Source: Cladosporium halotolerans
Taxonomy: Eukaryota
Assembly (NCBI RefSeq): GCF_011745625.1
Contig: NW_027191473.1
Location: 1-64,000 of the forward strand
DNA: 64,000 bases
Direction: 5' to 3'
Part shown: positions 45,152 to 57,985 of the stretch, piece by piece
Position numbering within the stretch: the stretch's first letter is position 1
Layout: the number at the start of each line of letters is the position of its first letter
The notes under the pieces: generated by a model
What the model was told of the DNA's origin: nothing
Seen by the model: the letters and a program-made list of their open reading frames with translations, nothing else
The model's database searches: none
Made by a program: the position numbers and the translations under genes

Positions 45152-46078
45152 ATGGCCGCTGTATCAACTCTCTCAAGCACGCCGATCGCCCCGGCGCATC
45201 CAGCCTCCGAAGGCGACACGCACAACGTCAACCTGCTCATCACATCCTTCCCGGGCCTGGGTCTCCCGCGAACCCTCAACCTCCCGGTACCATCCAGCAC
45301 ACGGGTCTGCGACGTCCTTCGCTCCATCTACGCACGACTCCCCGCGAACGTCGACCGCGGCCTGATCGTCTCCACAACCTCAGGCAAGCAGCTGCGCTCG
45401 TCCGACGAAGCGCCTATCGCCACCCTCTCCTCGGATGCCAACACCGCCTTCCTGCCGCTCCGCATCAGCGCAAAGCTATGCGGTGGCAAGGGTGGCTTTG
45501 GCTCCCAGCTGCGCGCTGCCGGAGGCCGCATGAGCAGCAAGAAGAACCGCGACAGGCAGGACCAGAACGGCAGCAACCGCAACCTGGACGGGCGACGGCT
45601 GCGGACTGTGGATGAAGCGAAGCGGCTGGCGGAGTACCTTGCCACGAAGCCGGAGATGGAGAGGAAGGAGAAGGAGGAGCGCAGGAAGCGATGGGAGGCT
45701 GTGATTGATGCTGCCGAAGCGACCGAGGCTAAGATCAAGGCTGGCAAGATGGGCAGTAACCAAGGGAGGTTGGATGCGGAGTATGTTGAGGGCAAGGAGG
45801 CGGCTGAGGAGAAGGTGCGCGAGGCTGTTGCGAAGGCTATGCGGGAACAGATGGTTCAGGATGGTCCGACGGGGAGTGAGAGTTCTGCGGAGGATGAAGA
45901 CGAAGGAAGTGAGAGTGCTGAAGATGACGACGCAGGGCCAAGCAAAGATGCTGGCAGGTCGTTCTTTGGATGGGACGAGGACGATGATATGTCGGATGAC
46001 GACGAGGCTGATGATGATGAGCCGGCGGAGGAAGAAAGCCAACCGGTTCACGGGAAAGGCAAACAGAAAGCCACTTGA
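45152..46078 (+). CDS. SDE2: Sde2 (ubiquitin-like N-terminus; splicing/telomere-silencing factor)
   Basis: LCGGKGGFGSQLRAAGGRMSS cleavage motif and RNLDGRRLRTV. Confidence 0.93.
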   Translation: MAAVSTLSSTPIAPAHPASEGDTHNVNLLITSFPGLGLPRTLNLPVPSSTRVCDVLRSIYARLPANVDRGLIVSTTSGKQLRSSDEAPIATLSSDANTAFLPLRISAKLCGGKGGFGSQLRAAGGRMSSKKNRDRQDQNGSNRNLDGRRLRTVDEAKRLAEYLATKPEMERKEKEERRKRWEAVIDAAEATEAKIKAGKMGSNQGRLDAEYVEGKEAAEEKVREAVAKAMREQMVQDGPTGSESSAEDEDEGSESAEDDDAGPSKDAGRSFFGWDEDDDMSDDDEADDDEPAEEESQPVHGKGKQKAT

Positions 46079-46144
46079 AATAGATAGAAATCTCTGGTAG
46101 TCTTTCACTACGAGAGCTGGACCCATAGTCAAACGAATACACAG

Positions 46145-46432
46145 ATGAGCAGATCAATTGCCCCCGAAAAAGAAGGCCGCTTCCTTGTTTCCAAATTGCC
46201 GGCCGAGATTTCAGAGCTAGCCGTCAAAGACGAACCAGTCGGCTGCCCTCGACAGCGACAAGGGCTTGAAGTGATACATGCGTTCTCGCACACTAGTTTC
46301 CATGTCCTGTGGCTCACACTGGGGACAACGGTATCCCAGAACTGCATTGATGGACGTAATGACGCACTTCATCATGCGACAGGCATTGCATTCCGAATGC
46401 GAAACACATTCTCACTCGCTGTTTGCATCTAG
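46145..46432 (+). pseudogene. Possible decayed fragment of an F-box-like 'LPAEIR' family gene
   Basis: FLVSKLPAEI-SELAVKDEPV...RQRQGLEVIHAFSHTSFHV resembles the LLxLPAEIRNxIYExAL...RQIRxEALxIFYxxNxF pattern with internal deletions. The ORF is short and has no intact downstream domain. Confidence 0.3.
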
Positions 46433-48943
46433 CATTGCTCGTCACAATGCATACTCCCCATGGACGTTCGAGTCTCAAGCTTATCGTCGGCTCCATCCAT
46501 CCGATCATAATCCGAACGAAAAGAAAGGGAATTCAGGTTCCGAGTTTTGAGTTATTGGGCTGTTACCGAGTCAAGTACAGAGCAATGATAGCTCCGTGAA
46601 TGGTTAATCTGGTCTACCGAACAGGTACAAAGTGTAAACACCAATTTCATTCGAACAAACTCGACTCCGATTTACCAACTCCGGAGTATTATGTGATCTG
46701 GAATTGCAGGGACATTAAGAAGCGGACAGCGCAAATGAGAGCAGAAAACGTATCACGAATGGAAATCACTGGCATCAATCATGCAGCTGCATTGTCGCGT
46801 CTGCGACCAGACTTGGAACACTTATTATGTGGTTCTTCGATTCAATCTGCGGGCAAGACCGTTTCCTCTCGCGCCTTGCCCACCAACCGCAGAATTCAAT
46901 GTCAAAGGCTTGACAGTTGGTTGAGATGTGATTGATGATGAAGTGATAATTAGGCAACTCCTGTAGTGGCGTCTGGGGGCGAGTCTGGGTCACCGCGATG
47001 CGAGAGCCTTGCGGGAGACCGCTGGCGCTTACTGTACGCTCGGGGACACATCAGACGCGGCGCCGGGTGTTTTCGAACCACCAAGGCCGACAACAATAAT
47101 TTCGCGCCTGGCTTGACCTGTCGTGCCAATCAGAACGACTACCGCCTATTGGATGCCGCAGTGCTTTGCAGACGTTTAATATTGCCCCGCCGTTGAGCGG
47201 TATCGTTCTCGATGAGATTGACGGTGTACCTTCTACAGCCGGCCACGTGTGGTGTGAGACACGGAGTGAGACAAGGCGGAATGGCGGCGCTTCTGTCGAT
47301 CGGCTCCTTCCTGATCGTATGGGGACGGTGTGTGAATACATGCAAAGTGATATAATTCATCCCGATCGAGAAAATCAACGACTACGTAGGTTAGATCAGT
47401 GGTGAAGTTCTGTCATCCCTCGGATAGGGATCTTGCATGTGTATATGAGCGTGCGTGCCAATCTGGAGTATGTAGTCCCAGACACCTCTCTTCACTACTA
47501 GGTAGCCGGCACAACTTCCCGACTGATGAGACCCGGCGCACCGTTTCCCATCCCACGGTCCACGCCGTTCGCAAGGGAAAACGAGGCGCTTGCCGACTGC
47601 AATATCAGCCTGTGTTATTTCCACGGCAGTTGGGAAGACGCAACTCTCGCAATCGCAGATCTACGGTCCGTAACGTACGGCCCCTACCTCCATCCCATCA
47701 CGCACCGTCGCCTCGCTTGCGCCGGCCTTGCGACATCGCGACGGACGACGCCTACATAGGTAGCACGAAACCAACCACAATCACGCCACACAGCCAATCA
47801 AAGCCGCAAAAGGCAGGTCCGCTCGAGCACGCTTTAACCCAAAAAGAAAAACCAACCTCAAAGCAAGCGAGCCGCCCTGCGCAGCGCAACACCCGCGGGA
47901 TCCCAAAAAAACATGCCGCACGCCCGGGCCGCGCGATGGAAATAGCAGGGGCGTAACCGTCAGTGGTGGACGCGGCGGCGGCGGCGGTGGACGGACATCC
48001 CACGCAACGCCAGCCCATGTGTCGTGGCTTGGAAAGCTTGATGGCACCAGAGCCGGAAGCGCGAAAGGCTAAAAAGCCAGGATCGGAGCGGAGCGTGCAC
48101 TAGGAGTTTCTCCTCGGCCGGCGGCTGTTGAGGATGTGAGGGGATGGCACGGGGGTCAAGGCGTCTCGTTTCGCAGCGCGGCAACGGCCGCTTGGACGGA
48201 CGGACCCACGAAAGGGAGATGCGGGGCACGTGCGCGCGACGAAGCGTGCCGAGTCAGGGCGAGTTGGGGCGTGATGAATCTGGCAGCATCTGGCGGATCT
48301 GGGTGGTGGTGAAGATCGGGGAAGGCGTGGGATTGTGCCGAGGGTAGGTGTGTACTGTAGGGCTCTGGCTGGGAGCGCTGCAGCGGTTGTTGCGGTTACG
48401 GTACAGGCTGGGTGGTCGGGCAGCAGCGCTGGAGCCGTACAGGACAGATGTCGGCTGAACGGCGTGCGGGCGGAGTCGTCACGAGCGAGGCGGACGGCGC
48501 CAAGGAGTGGGAGTGGTCGGCGTGGTCGGTCGCGGGCGGGCGTTTGTCCAGAATGGCTGCTGGTCCTGCTGGTCAGGAGGAGGCTGCCGTCATACCGGAC
48601 CGGGGGTGGGTACGCTGGGCGGGTGGGGCGCGCGAGGGAGATGGGCCAGAAAAGCTTGACAGGCGCAGCGGCGCCGTCGCCGTCTCCATCTCCAGCCCCC
48701 GAAATGATGCGTGGGCGGGCGAGGAGGGTGGAGGGCTGCGCGGGCTGCGCGTGCGGTGCTGCTAGCGCCCGCGCTGCCGTCGTTGCAGGTGCAGGACGCT
48801 GGAGTGGAGTGGAGCGCCTACCAATGGTCCACTGCGCGCCGCGCCGCGTCGGCCGAGGGTGCAGGGTGCAGGGCGTGTGGCGGCGGTGGACGATGGCGCA
48901 TCGAATCTGCCCGATGACAAGCGTGACAACGCCGGGCGACGCC

Positions 48944-48988
48944 ATGGCTGATGGCTGATGGCTGATGGCTGATGGCTGATGGCTGATG
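48944..48988. repeat. (ATGGCTG)x6.4 tandem repeat
   Basis: Six perfect 7-mer copies plus ATG, read directly. Confidence 0.95.
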
Positions 48989-50298
48989 CGCAGGCAGATG
49001 GGCGCATCGGCCGGTACGTACCTCCTGCACGCCTCCTGCACGCCTCCTGCGCGCGGGCTGGATGGGCTGCTGCAGGCCGTCGCCGCAGTTTGCTGCCCGT
49101 TCACTCCTCTGCCCTGTCCTGAGCGCCCGGCCTGCGCGCCCGGCCTGCGCGCCCGGCCTGCGCGCTTGCTGTCGTGTTACAACCGCGAGCGGGTCTCATC
49201 TCAGCCAGCTCCTGCTGCTGCGTCCGCTGCGCGTCTGGCTCCGGGCAGCCCTGTGGCACCACCAGCTGGCTCATGCACGCCATCCACATACACACCTACC
49301 TAACGCGCCCAAGACCTACAGTAGTCAGGCAAGCCCGGCCGCGACGCTGCCCTGCCCCGTGCCAGAGCCCGCGAGCGCAACGCGAGCCAGACCTCCGTCC
49401 GCGTCCGTCCTACATACAAGAGGACAGGGCAAACGCCCACACACCTACCCACCCACCCTCCCTCCCTCCCAATGCACCACACCCTCCCGCGCGTGCCCGC
49501 GGATTAAGGTGCTGACTCCCGGTGACAAGGCTGTCTCACGCCTCGGCCGCCCGCCGCAACCTCGACCTTGCGCCGCGCTACCGTGCCTGCGGACTCTGGA
49601 TGCCTGTCACCAACCCTGGCACCTGCGGCCGCCGTGCGACAAGCAAGAAGCCGTGGGCGCGCGACACTTTGGCGGGAGGGGGCATGCGAGCGGCCGGCCG
49701 AAGGTGGCACAGCACTACTGTATGTGTAGGTGATGGTGAAGGCTGCACGCTGCACGCTGCATGCGGGCTGCGGGCGGGCTGGCTGCGGTCGCCCCCAGGA
49801 CCACCACCGCAGCATCTCGCATCCTCATGTACGCGCATGTGCGCCCGAGCCAGGAACGGCCGGCAGAGGTGACGCGCCGGGTGGAGGTGCGCTTTGTACG
49901 GGGAATCGCACGTGAAAGAGGGCGAGGCGCGAGGCTGCGGTGGCTGTCTGGCGGGCTGCTGCGGTGAGAGGCGACGAGGCGACGGGGCGTGTGGCTTCGC
50001 GGCGACGCATGGCTGTGCCTGATCAGGACGGCAGCTTATGAAGATTGTTGCTTGCTTGCGGCCCACTCCTGCTCTCCAGGCGGGCGGTAACGGATGGCTG
50101 GCGCCGGGCGGCGGCAGGGCGCGTCTGAGCGGCGGCGTGTCTCGGCTGGCGGGAGGCGCGACAGGCGACTGGCCCGCGCTCCAACGCCCGCGCGGCTTGG
50201 CAGATGTGGAGAGACGCAGCGACGCCAGCGGCAGCCGACGATGATCCCGGCTCAGCCCAGGGTGCGCCGCAGGCTGCAGCCCGCACACGCTTTGGCGC

Positions 50299-50336
50299 GC
50301 AGCCCATGCAGCCCATGCAGCCCATGCAGCCCATGC
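50299..50336. repeat. (GCAGCCCAT)x4 tandem repeat
   Basis: Four perfect 9-mer copies, read directly. Confidence 0.95.
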
Positions 50337-50789
50337 GTCGCCTACCCACTCTACCCACTCTCTCTGATCGCGTCCAACCCTTACCCACGCCCTCAAGGCC
50401 AGCCGCGACCGAGCGCATGCCCGCCCGCACCCACTCCGTTTCCTCTCGCTCTTCCCTCCACCCTCGCACGCCGCTCTCTCCTCCGCCCTCCCATCCATCG
50501 CCCTCGCGCGCCCCCATCGCACCCAGCACCCAGCGCCCACTCTCCCTCGACTGTTGCTCCCCTGCTGCACCGCAGCACCTGCCCCTCCGCCTGCCCTGCT
50601 TCGGCCTTCCCTTTCCGGAGCCGCTGCCGCACACGCCTGTCGCGAGCGCGTACAGGTAAGTCGCGAAGCTCGTGCGATCAACCGATCCACCGCGATCGAT
50701 GGACGAATCGCCCAACGCTTGACCTCCGCACCTCACTGACCCTCTCCTCCAGCACCTCGACCCTTCGCCTCTGACCTGCGTCCTCCACC

Positions 50790-53474
50790 ATGGCGACTCA
50801 GCAGTCGCCGTCTGGGCCTCTCGCCCACCAGCAGCACTACCCGCCGCGTCCACAGCCCAACGGCGGCATGCCCATGCCGCCGCAACAGGCGCCTCCGCAG
50901 CCCAAGACCACCGCGCAGATCCTCGCCGCCGCCAACGAAGGCATCTGGATCCAGCTGGGTACCCTCTCCGAGATGATGGGCGAACTCGACGGCGCGACCC
51001 AATCGTATGAGCGCGCGTTGACCTTCAACCCGCGCTCCGTCCCGGCCATGCTCGCCATCTCCTGCCTGCTTCGCGCGAAAGACCAGTTCACCGCCGCCGT
51101 CGAATACCTCAGAAACATCCTCATGGTGGAACCCTCGAACGGCGAGGTCTGGAGCAGCCTTGGCCACTGCTACCTCATGATGGACGACCTGCAGCAGGCC
51201 TACTCCGCCTACCAACAGGCCCTGTACCACCTGCCCGATCCCAAGGAGCCCAAGCTGTGGTACGGCATAGGCATCTTGTACGACCGCTACGGCTCGCTGG
51301 AGCACGCCGAAGAAGCCTTCTCCCAAGTCATGCGCATGGAGCCGAACTTTGAGAAGGCCAACGAGATCTACTTCAGACTTGGTATAATATACAAGCAGCA
51401 GCAAAAGTTCCAGCAGAGTCTCGAGGTGAGTCAAATTCGAATGGAGGTACTGTCGTGCGACATCGCTAACAACGCCACAGTGCTTCCGTTACATTGTCAC
51501 CGACCCTCCCAAGCCTCTCAGCGAGGAAGACATTTGGTTTCAGATCGGTCACGTGCACGAGCAGCAAAAGGACGTAAGTTCATGGATACCTGCTCTTGCC
51601 TGAGGTGGCACCGCTGACGCGATTACAGTATGACTCTGCCAAGTCAGCCTACACGCGTGTCCTTGAGCGCGATCCCAACCACGCCAAGGTTCTTCAGCAA
51701 CTCGGCTGGCTTCACCACCAGCAAAGCACAAGCTTTAGCAGCCAAGAGCAGGCTATCGAATATCTCGAGAAGTCTGTTGCTTCCGGTAGGTCACCTTGCA
51801 TTGCTACGACCACCTGATCACGTCTAACAACCTCCAGACCAAAACGATGCTCAAAGCTGGTACCTACTCGGCAGATGCTACATGTCTCAGCAGAAGTATC
51901 CCAAGGCCTACGAAGCCTACCAGCAAGCCGTGTACCGCGATGGTCGTAACCCGACTTTCTGGTGTTCGATTGGTGTGCTCTACTACCAGATCAACCAGTA
52001 CCGCGATGCGCTCGACGCGTACTCCCGCGCCATCCGCCTCAACCCTAACATTTCTGAGGTCTGGTATGACCTTGGTACGCTTTACGAGTCCTGCAACAAC
52101 CAGACAAGTGACGCGCTTGACGCCTACACCCGCGCTGCCGACCTCGACCCGACAAATGTACACATCAAGGCTCGTCTGGCTTTGCTCAAGGGCCAACCTA
52201 CCAACGGTCTTCCCAACCAGGCTGGCGCGCCTTTGCCTCAGGACGTGCATCCTCAGGCTTACCAGCCAGGCGCTCTCGGTGGCCCACCAGGCCCTCAATG
52301 GGGCGCTCATGCGCAGAGCGGCCCGCCTGCTGGTCCCGCTCCGCCACCTCTTGCCACTGGCAACAACTGGGGAGGCAACCGCATCGCCGACATTCAGAAC
52401 CCGCCTCCACCTCCCCCGGTCAACCCGTATGATTCTCGGGATCGCGCACCTCCTCAGCCGCAACCTCCCATGGCTTCTCGTGGACCCAGCCCACCTCGCC
52501 AGGAGACTCTCCGTCCGTACCAAGAGCCCCAGCGTCCTCTGCCCCCGGCTCACCGCGGTCTGTCCCCCTCTCCTAAGAACCAGCAGTCAACTCCGCATCA
52601 ATCCGCTGCAGCCACTATGCCGCCGCACCCGGGCTTCGGAACCCCCGGCCACCCCCAACAGCAGGCTCCGGCCCCAGGCCAGCCCCTGTTCGGCCAAAGT
52701 GGTGGTCCTCCCCCGAACGGTGTACCTCCGCCCACGAGCCACACTCCTGTGCCACCTTTCAACCGCCAGCAGAGCCCTCGTCCCGAGATCAGGCCTATCG
52801 TCAACAACCCAGCTCCATCTCCCGGTGGCGGATTCCCCAGGACACCATATGAGCACCACGCGAGCTCGGGCATGCCACAGATTGCGAGCGGCGCCCCGCC
52901 GCCCTCCAACGCCCAATTCGCCGCTGATGCCGCGGCTCGCGAACGCGAAGAGAGGCCCAGCAGCACAGCCCCGCCAAAGCGCATTCGCGAGTGGGAAGAC
53001 GACCAGAGCGTCAAGCGTCCCGCGACCGATGAGTCCCGCTCGCGCCTCGACGAGATCAAACTCCAGCGCCAGTCCCCGCAGCCCCTCAAGGTCTCCACGC
53101 CGCCCAACCGCAGCCCCTCGGAACTGCGCCGCCTCGACGAGCAGCGCCCCTCCTCCACCTACCACCCTTCTGAGGCCGCGCACCACCCGCCCGCCCCGCC
53201 CTCGCTCCCTTCCATGCAGACCATCGCTCAGCCCTCGCCTTCGCGCGCCTCCGCCCCGCCCCAGGAAGACCAGCGTCCCGCCCCGCCGCCTCCCGCCGCG
53301 CCGGTCTACGAACCCGCGGCGAGGAAGATGGAGGTCGACGAGAACTACGACGACAGCGGCGACGACGACAAGCGCTCCGCCAAGCACGAGAGCCGCCGCA
53401 GCAGCCCAAAGCCCGTCAACGGCTCCTCGGGTGCTCCGACTTCCGGCGCCAGCGCTGTCGAGCAGCAGGCTTAG
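50790..53474 (+). CDS. CYC8: General transcriptional corepressor Cyc8/Ssn6 (TPR protein)
   Basis: Exons 50790-51425, 51481-51573, 51629-51785 and 51838-53474. TPRs GEVWSSLGHCYLMMDDLQQAYSAYQQAL, LWYGIGILYDRYGS, NPTFWCSIGVLYYQINQYRDALDAYSRAIRLNP. A 5'UTR intron lies at ~50655-50752. Confidence 0.96.
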
Positions 53475-54523
53475 AGAGTTCGTTGCTGGCAGCGGGGGTG
53501 GTGTTGACAGCGCGCGCACGCGTGTGAAGAGGTTCACTCCTTTCTCTCGAAGAACTATCTTTTTCCTTTGTATGTTCACGACACCACGATGGTTGCATGT
53601 CTGCATTTGGAGCGGCGTTGGTGGCGTTGTGGTGTCCGGAGGGTCGGTCTGCAAGTCGTCGGAGGGAGACGAAAGGGGGTAAAAAAGGAAAGGAAGCGAT
53701 TTTGCTGGTTTGCGACTTTCGCTGGCGGAGAGAGGCGAGCACGGATGGGCACGAAGCTTCATTCTTATCGAGGTGCTTGCTTTATTTTGTGTACTTAATG
53801 TAAACAATCAATTCTGCTCTGATCATCGATCGACTCGGCCAACCTTGTCTTTCGCGTTCAAATTCGCGGGACGGAACCTAGCTTGCTACCCTCTGGCGTC
53901 TCGCGCGCGCGTTCTCAAGTCGCAACCGAACAACTGGACAAACCTCTCAGATATCAACGAGATTTTTCTTTTCTCAAATCGCCCTCGGTGTCCATGACGC
54001 TCACGGCGGCTACAGTAGGAGACCGGACGAGCTGTGCTCGAACGTCCGCCCACAATAATAAGGTACGGCGACGTCGGTTGCCGCGCATTTAGAGTTTGAG
54101 CATACTGTACGTTAAGGTTGTTCCGACGCCCCACTCCTAAGGCCTCAGCTCATCCCTCTCAGTATTCGCTCCACCTCGTGGAGTTGGAAATGTTGTTGTA
54201 TGTACTTTGAGCGTGCTCTTCAGACGCTAGGCGTGCGGTCTGCGATCAGCTACGCGATTTCGGCTGCTCCATTGACGCAATCAGGCCAGACAGAGTGAGG
54301 GGGATCGACGGGTCGATCGATGTCATGGGCTTCGGAGAAAGCGGCTGCAGATGTTGCGAGGGAGGGGTGTAGGTACTGTATGTATTTTATTTGTAAACAC
54401 GCCATCACGGTCTCCGTTCGTTCGTCGATGGAATAGACAAGTAGCTGCCGATTCCACATTCCACTATCACAATCAATCAGTTTTCCTCTCCCAACACCCC
54501 CCGCCCATCCCAAACAAAACCCC

Positions 54524-55492
54524 ATGGCCCCCTCCGGCCTCGCCATCCTCCTCGGCGCCGGTCCCGCAACCGTACGTCCCCACCACTACACTCCCCCTTC
54601 CAACACACCCAGCTCACATTGACATTAACACTAACGCCCACCCCCTCCCCCCAGGGCGCCGGCATAGCCCGCACCCTCGCCCACCCCAGCCACGGCAACC
54701 TCGCCGTCGCGCTCCTCGCCCGGCGCCCGGAGCCCCTCCACGAGCTGGCCGCGAGACTGCGCGCCGAAGCCCCGGGCAGCGTCATCGAGGCGTTCCCCTC
54801 CGACACCTCGCCGGAGCAGCTGGCGAAGGCGTTCGAAGATATCAAAGCGCATGAGAGTTTCGCGGGGCTGAAATTGGACGTCGTACGCCTAAGTCGATCT
54901 CTGCGAGGAATCTACCTAGGTGCCTAAGCTAACGAGTGAAACAGGCGATCTACAGCGTCAAGCACTCCGCCAAGAAACCCTTCCTGGCCGAGACGTACGG
55001 GGTTTTCACGCGGAGTCTGGAGGGCTACGTCGGCGGGGCGTTCGAGTTCGCGCAGCTGGCTGTGAGGCGGTTTTTCGCGGACCACGGGGAGGTGCCGCTC
55101 GCGGAGGGAGGGGGGAAGAAGGGCACGCTGATTTTCACCGGCACGCTGGGCGCGCTGAGGTGCAGTGCTGAGTTCGCGGCGTACGGGGCTGGTATGTGTT
55201 CTTGCCTTTTCTCGCTTTGAGAGCTGGGCCTGACGCTTATGGTGTTATTGCAGGGCGTTCAAGCGTGCGCCAGCTCGCGCAGTCGCTCGCGCGCGAGATG
55301 AGCGCCAAGGGCGTGCAGGTCGTGCACGCGATTGCCAATGGGCGGATCGCGGACGAGGATTCGGAGGAGACGCGCAGGGGCGAGAGGATCGCGGCGGAGG
55401 CCGTGGGGAAGACGTACTTGTGGCTCGCGGGCCAGGAGCCGACGCTGTGGACACATGAGTTGGATTTGAGGCCGGCGTGCGAGAAGTTTTAG
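54524..55492 (+). CDS. Short-chain dehydrogenase/reductase
   Basis: MAPSGLAILLGAGPAT|GAGIAR (Rossmann), GTLIFTGTLGALR, AAYGA|GR, LAQSLARE, WTHELDLRP. Introns ~54572-54654, 54883-54944 and 55192-55253. Confidence 0.88.
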
Positions 55493-55542
55493 AGAGGCTG
55501 GGTAGGTGAATAGATGAGGCGATCTTCTTATTCTTTATGCTT

Positions 55543-57037
55543 TTAGTTGGGCTCCCGGCTCTTCCCCATCAAGCGGTCTTCGTACTTCCCGCACACGTCT
55601 TCCCAGTCGATCCAGCCGGGGCCTTGCTGGTTGAGTGTGTGTGCGCCTTCGATTGCGCGACGCTGGCCGGCAATGGTGCTGCTTCCCATGTTGCCGTTGG
55701 ATTTGAGGTGCGTCCAGATCTGCTCGAGGAAGGGGTAGAACCACATGCGTGGCCACCACAGGATCCTGTACCCTTTCTTGCCGTTGATGTGCATGACAGC
55801 CGGCACGTTGCGAGAGACGGTGTTTGTCGCCAGAGGTAGTGTCTCCCATCGTCCGAGCGCGGATTCGGGCACGCCGACAATCTGCCCGGGCCCACGGCCT
55901 TTGAGGTCGTCCTGCAGGGCGAAGTGGTGGTGGTAGTTGCCTTTCCGCGCAGCGTCCCTTACGTAGTCCGAGGACGCGTTGTTGCGGACCCAGGAGATGT
56001 AATCTGCATAGAAGCCGGTGGTCTGGAAGATGGCGGAGTTCGTGTCGAGGCCGATAGAGTAGTCGCTTTGACGGTTAGCGATGTTTGGGAAATGTTTATC
56101 GGATGGACTGCTCGGCCGCGAGGCGTCGAGGAAGGCGGAGTCGCCGACGGTGTCGATGCCGAGGGATTGGTCACGATGGAGTCTGAGGAGGCGACGGGCG
56201 TATGACTGCATGCCGTACAGGACGCCGAAGTAATACTGGCTTTTGAGGAGTTAGTGACATGGTTTTGATCGATTGGGGTTCGAGGGAAAGGAAATCTAAC
56301 TCTGAATCTGTTACGTGCGCAACTCTGCGCTCTTCGGCGGCGGCGATGAGGATATCACGGATCTGATGCGCAGGACCTATGATGGTGCCTGAATTGAGCC
56401 AGCGGGGGCGGCTTTGCGTGCTCTTCGTGTGGTCTGTCTCAGGGCCGAAAGCGAGCGGGTGCATCAACGACTCCGGCACCGCCCAGCAACCAGGTGCGTC
56501 CATGCCACCGGGAGCGCATTCTTTGTCAGGGCCGAAGATCACAGTAGTTTTGATGTTGTGTTCCGCGACAAGAGCTTGCCCGTACTCGTCAATGTGGCGT
56601 TGGTGGGCTTCCGCCACGAGCTCGTGGTAACGCTTGAGGATGTATTCGTGCGGTAGCTGGAACCACATGTCGTAACCGTCGACCAGAAAAACGAGTTCGT
56701 CCTGCTGCTCTGCCGGAATTGAATCGATGTATTTAATGGCTCCCTCGATTTTGGCGGCATGCTGCTTCATCGCATCCTTGTCCTCGGGATCTTGCCAATT
56801 GACCAGGGTGAAGGCTGGGTAGCCCATAAGGGCGGCCGAAATATGGAGCTGACATAAATGGTAGTTGCCGCTTGTCGCGAATACTCCTATGTGTAGCTTT
56901 CCAGCAGCGGTAGGGACGCCTCGGAGTGGGAGCGAACTGAAGTAAAAGCGCTGTGAAAGGAAGGCTAACAGAATGAAAAGCAAAACAGGAGCACCGATTC
57001 GGGTGAAACGAGTGAAGCAGGCCGTGTTCAACAGCAT
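55543..57037 (-). CDS. Putative type II membrane glycosyltransferase-like protein A
   Basis: N-terminal TM (GAPVLLFILLAFL), LVDGYDMWFQLP, IFGPDKEC, RWLNSGTIIG, SDQ (intron 56300-56240), VPAVMHING. Confidence 0.8.
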
Positions 57038-57985
57038 GTTTGTAAAGAGGACCAGTATGCCAGATACAAGTTGTTTGGTGGTGGTCACATTCTCCGTGGT
57101 GCGGTCAGAAGACAGATATCACGGCGGGACACATTGATACAAACGCATTGTGCGTGTGCTTGTGACAGGCGGAAGCGCGCAACAAACCCAAGTCGTCACA
57201 CATACCTTGGAAGTGACCAGGGTTTGGCGCCAACATCTCTGCGGCGTCGCGGCGCCGCGGTCTAATGCAGGTGGTCGCGCCGCCAAGGCGCAGGCACGTC
57301 TTTCAAGGCTGGTTCGCGAGGACCATTGCCGATAGCCGTTGGCGTCCAGGCGCGACGAGAGCACGAGCCTCTTCCTTCGACCACCGAAGCCAGACGATGA
57401 AGGTGATGTGTGATGTGTGTCGCCTCATGCCCCAGTGTGGCTTGCAAACGCAGTGCGCTGTTGACAGGATCTTGGCCCTAGCCAGCCCACAGACTTCACT
57501 CCTTCCAGAAGAACGCGCTCTGCGCAGCCACGTCAGCCCTACAACCGACAAACACCTCTAATAACGCGCCGAGCCAAGACGCGACGATGCCGGTCGCAGG
57601 ATTCGGGGGCCTCGCATCGCCTTAGTCTCAAACACCGGGGCATTCCCCAGCAAGCGAACCGCGTCACGCTCATCTTCCCAAAGGCGCGACGTGCTGGCTG
57701 CGCTTGCGGGGCCACTAAAGATGCTGATATCGGGCCATGCGCGGTTAGAAGCGTGGTGCCGACAGTGCCGCAATATGCATTAACGCGTGAGGTAGGACAT
57801 TCGCCCCACTTGGCATGGAGTAAGCGGTTTCCACTCTTGCTACTATGGCCAAGCTAAGGAGTCGGCAATGTGTGTGGGATTCCTATGAATAGACCCACAA
57901 ATGTAGCGCCATGTGTCGGCGAAAGTGAAGTGTGCCTATTCCACCTGAACTAGATTTCACTTCGACCTAGTGCACGAACGTACGC

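Noticed and set aside
48944..48988. Short direct repeats as a CRISPR-like array
   Set aside because: No spacers, eukaryotic context; a simple tandem repeat.
47399..50853. Many 150-370 aa overlapping ORFs upstream of CYC8
   Set aside because: Ala/Arg/Pro/Gly-rich translations in all frames, as expected from very high GC. No recognisable motifs or consistent codon bias.
51796..53807. 628-aa and 406-aa ORFs overlapping CYC8
   Set aside because: Alternative-frame/antisense shadows of a GC-rich gene. The apparent break in CYC8 is explained by ordinary introns.
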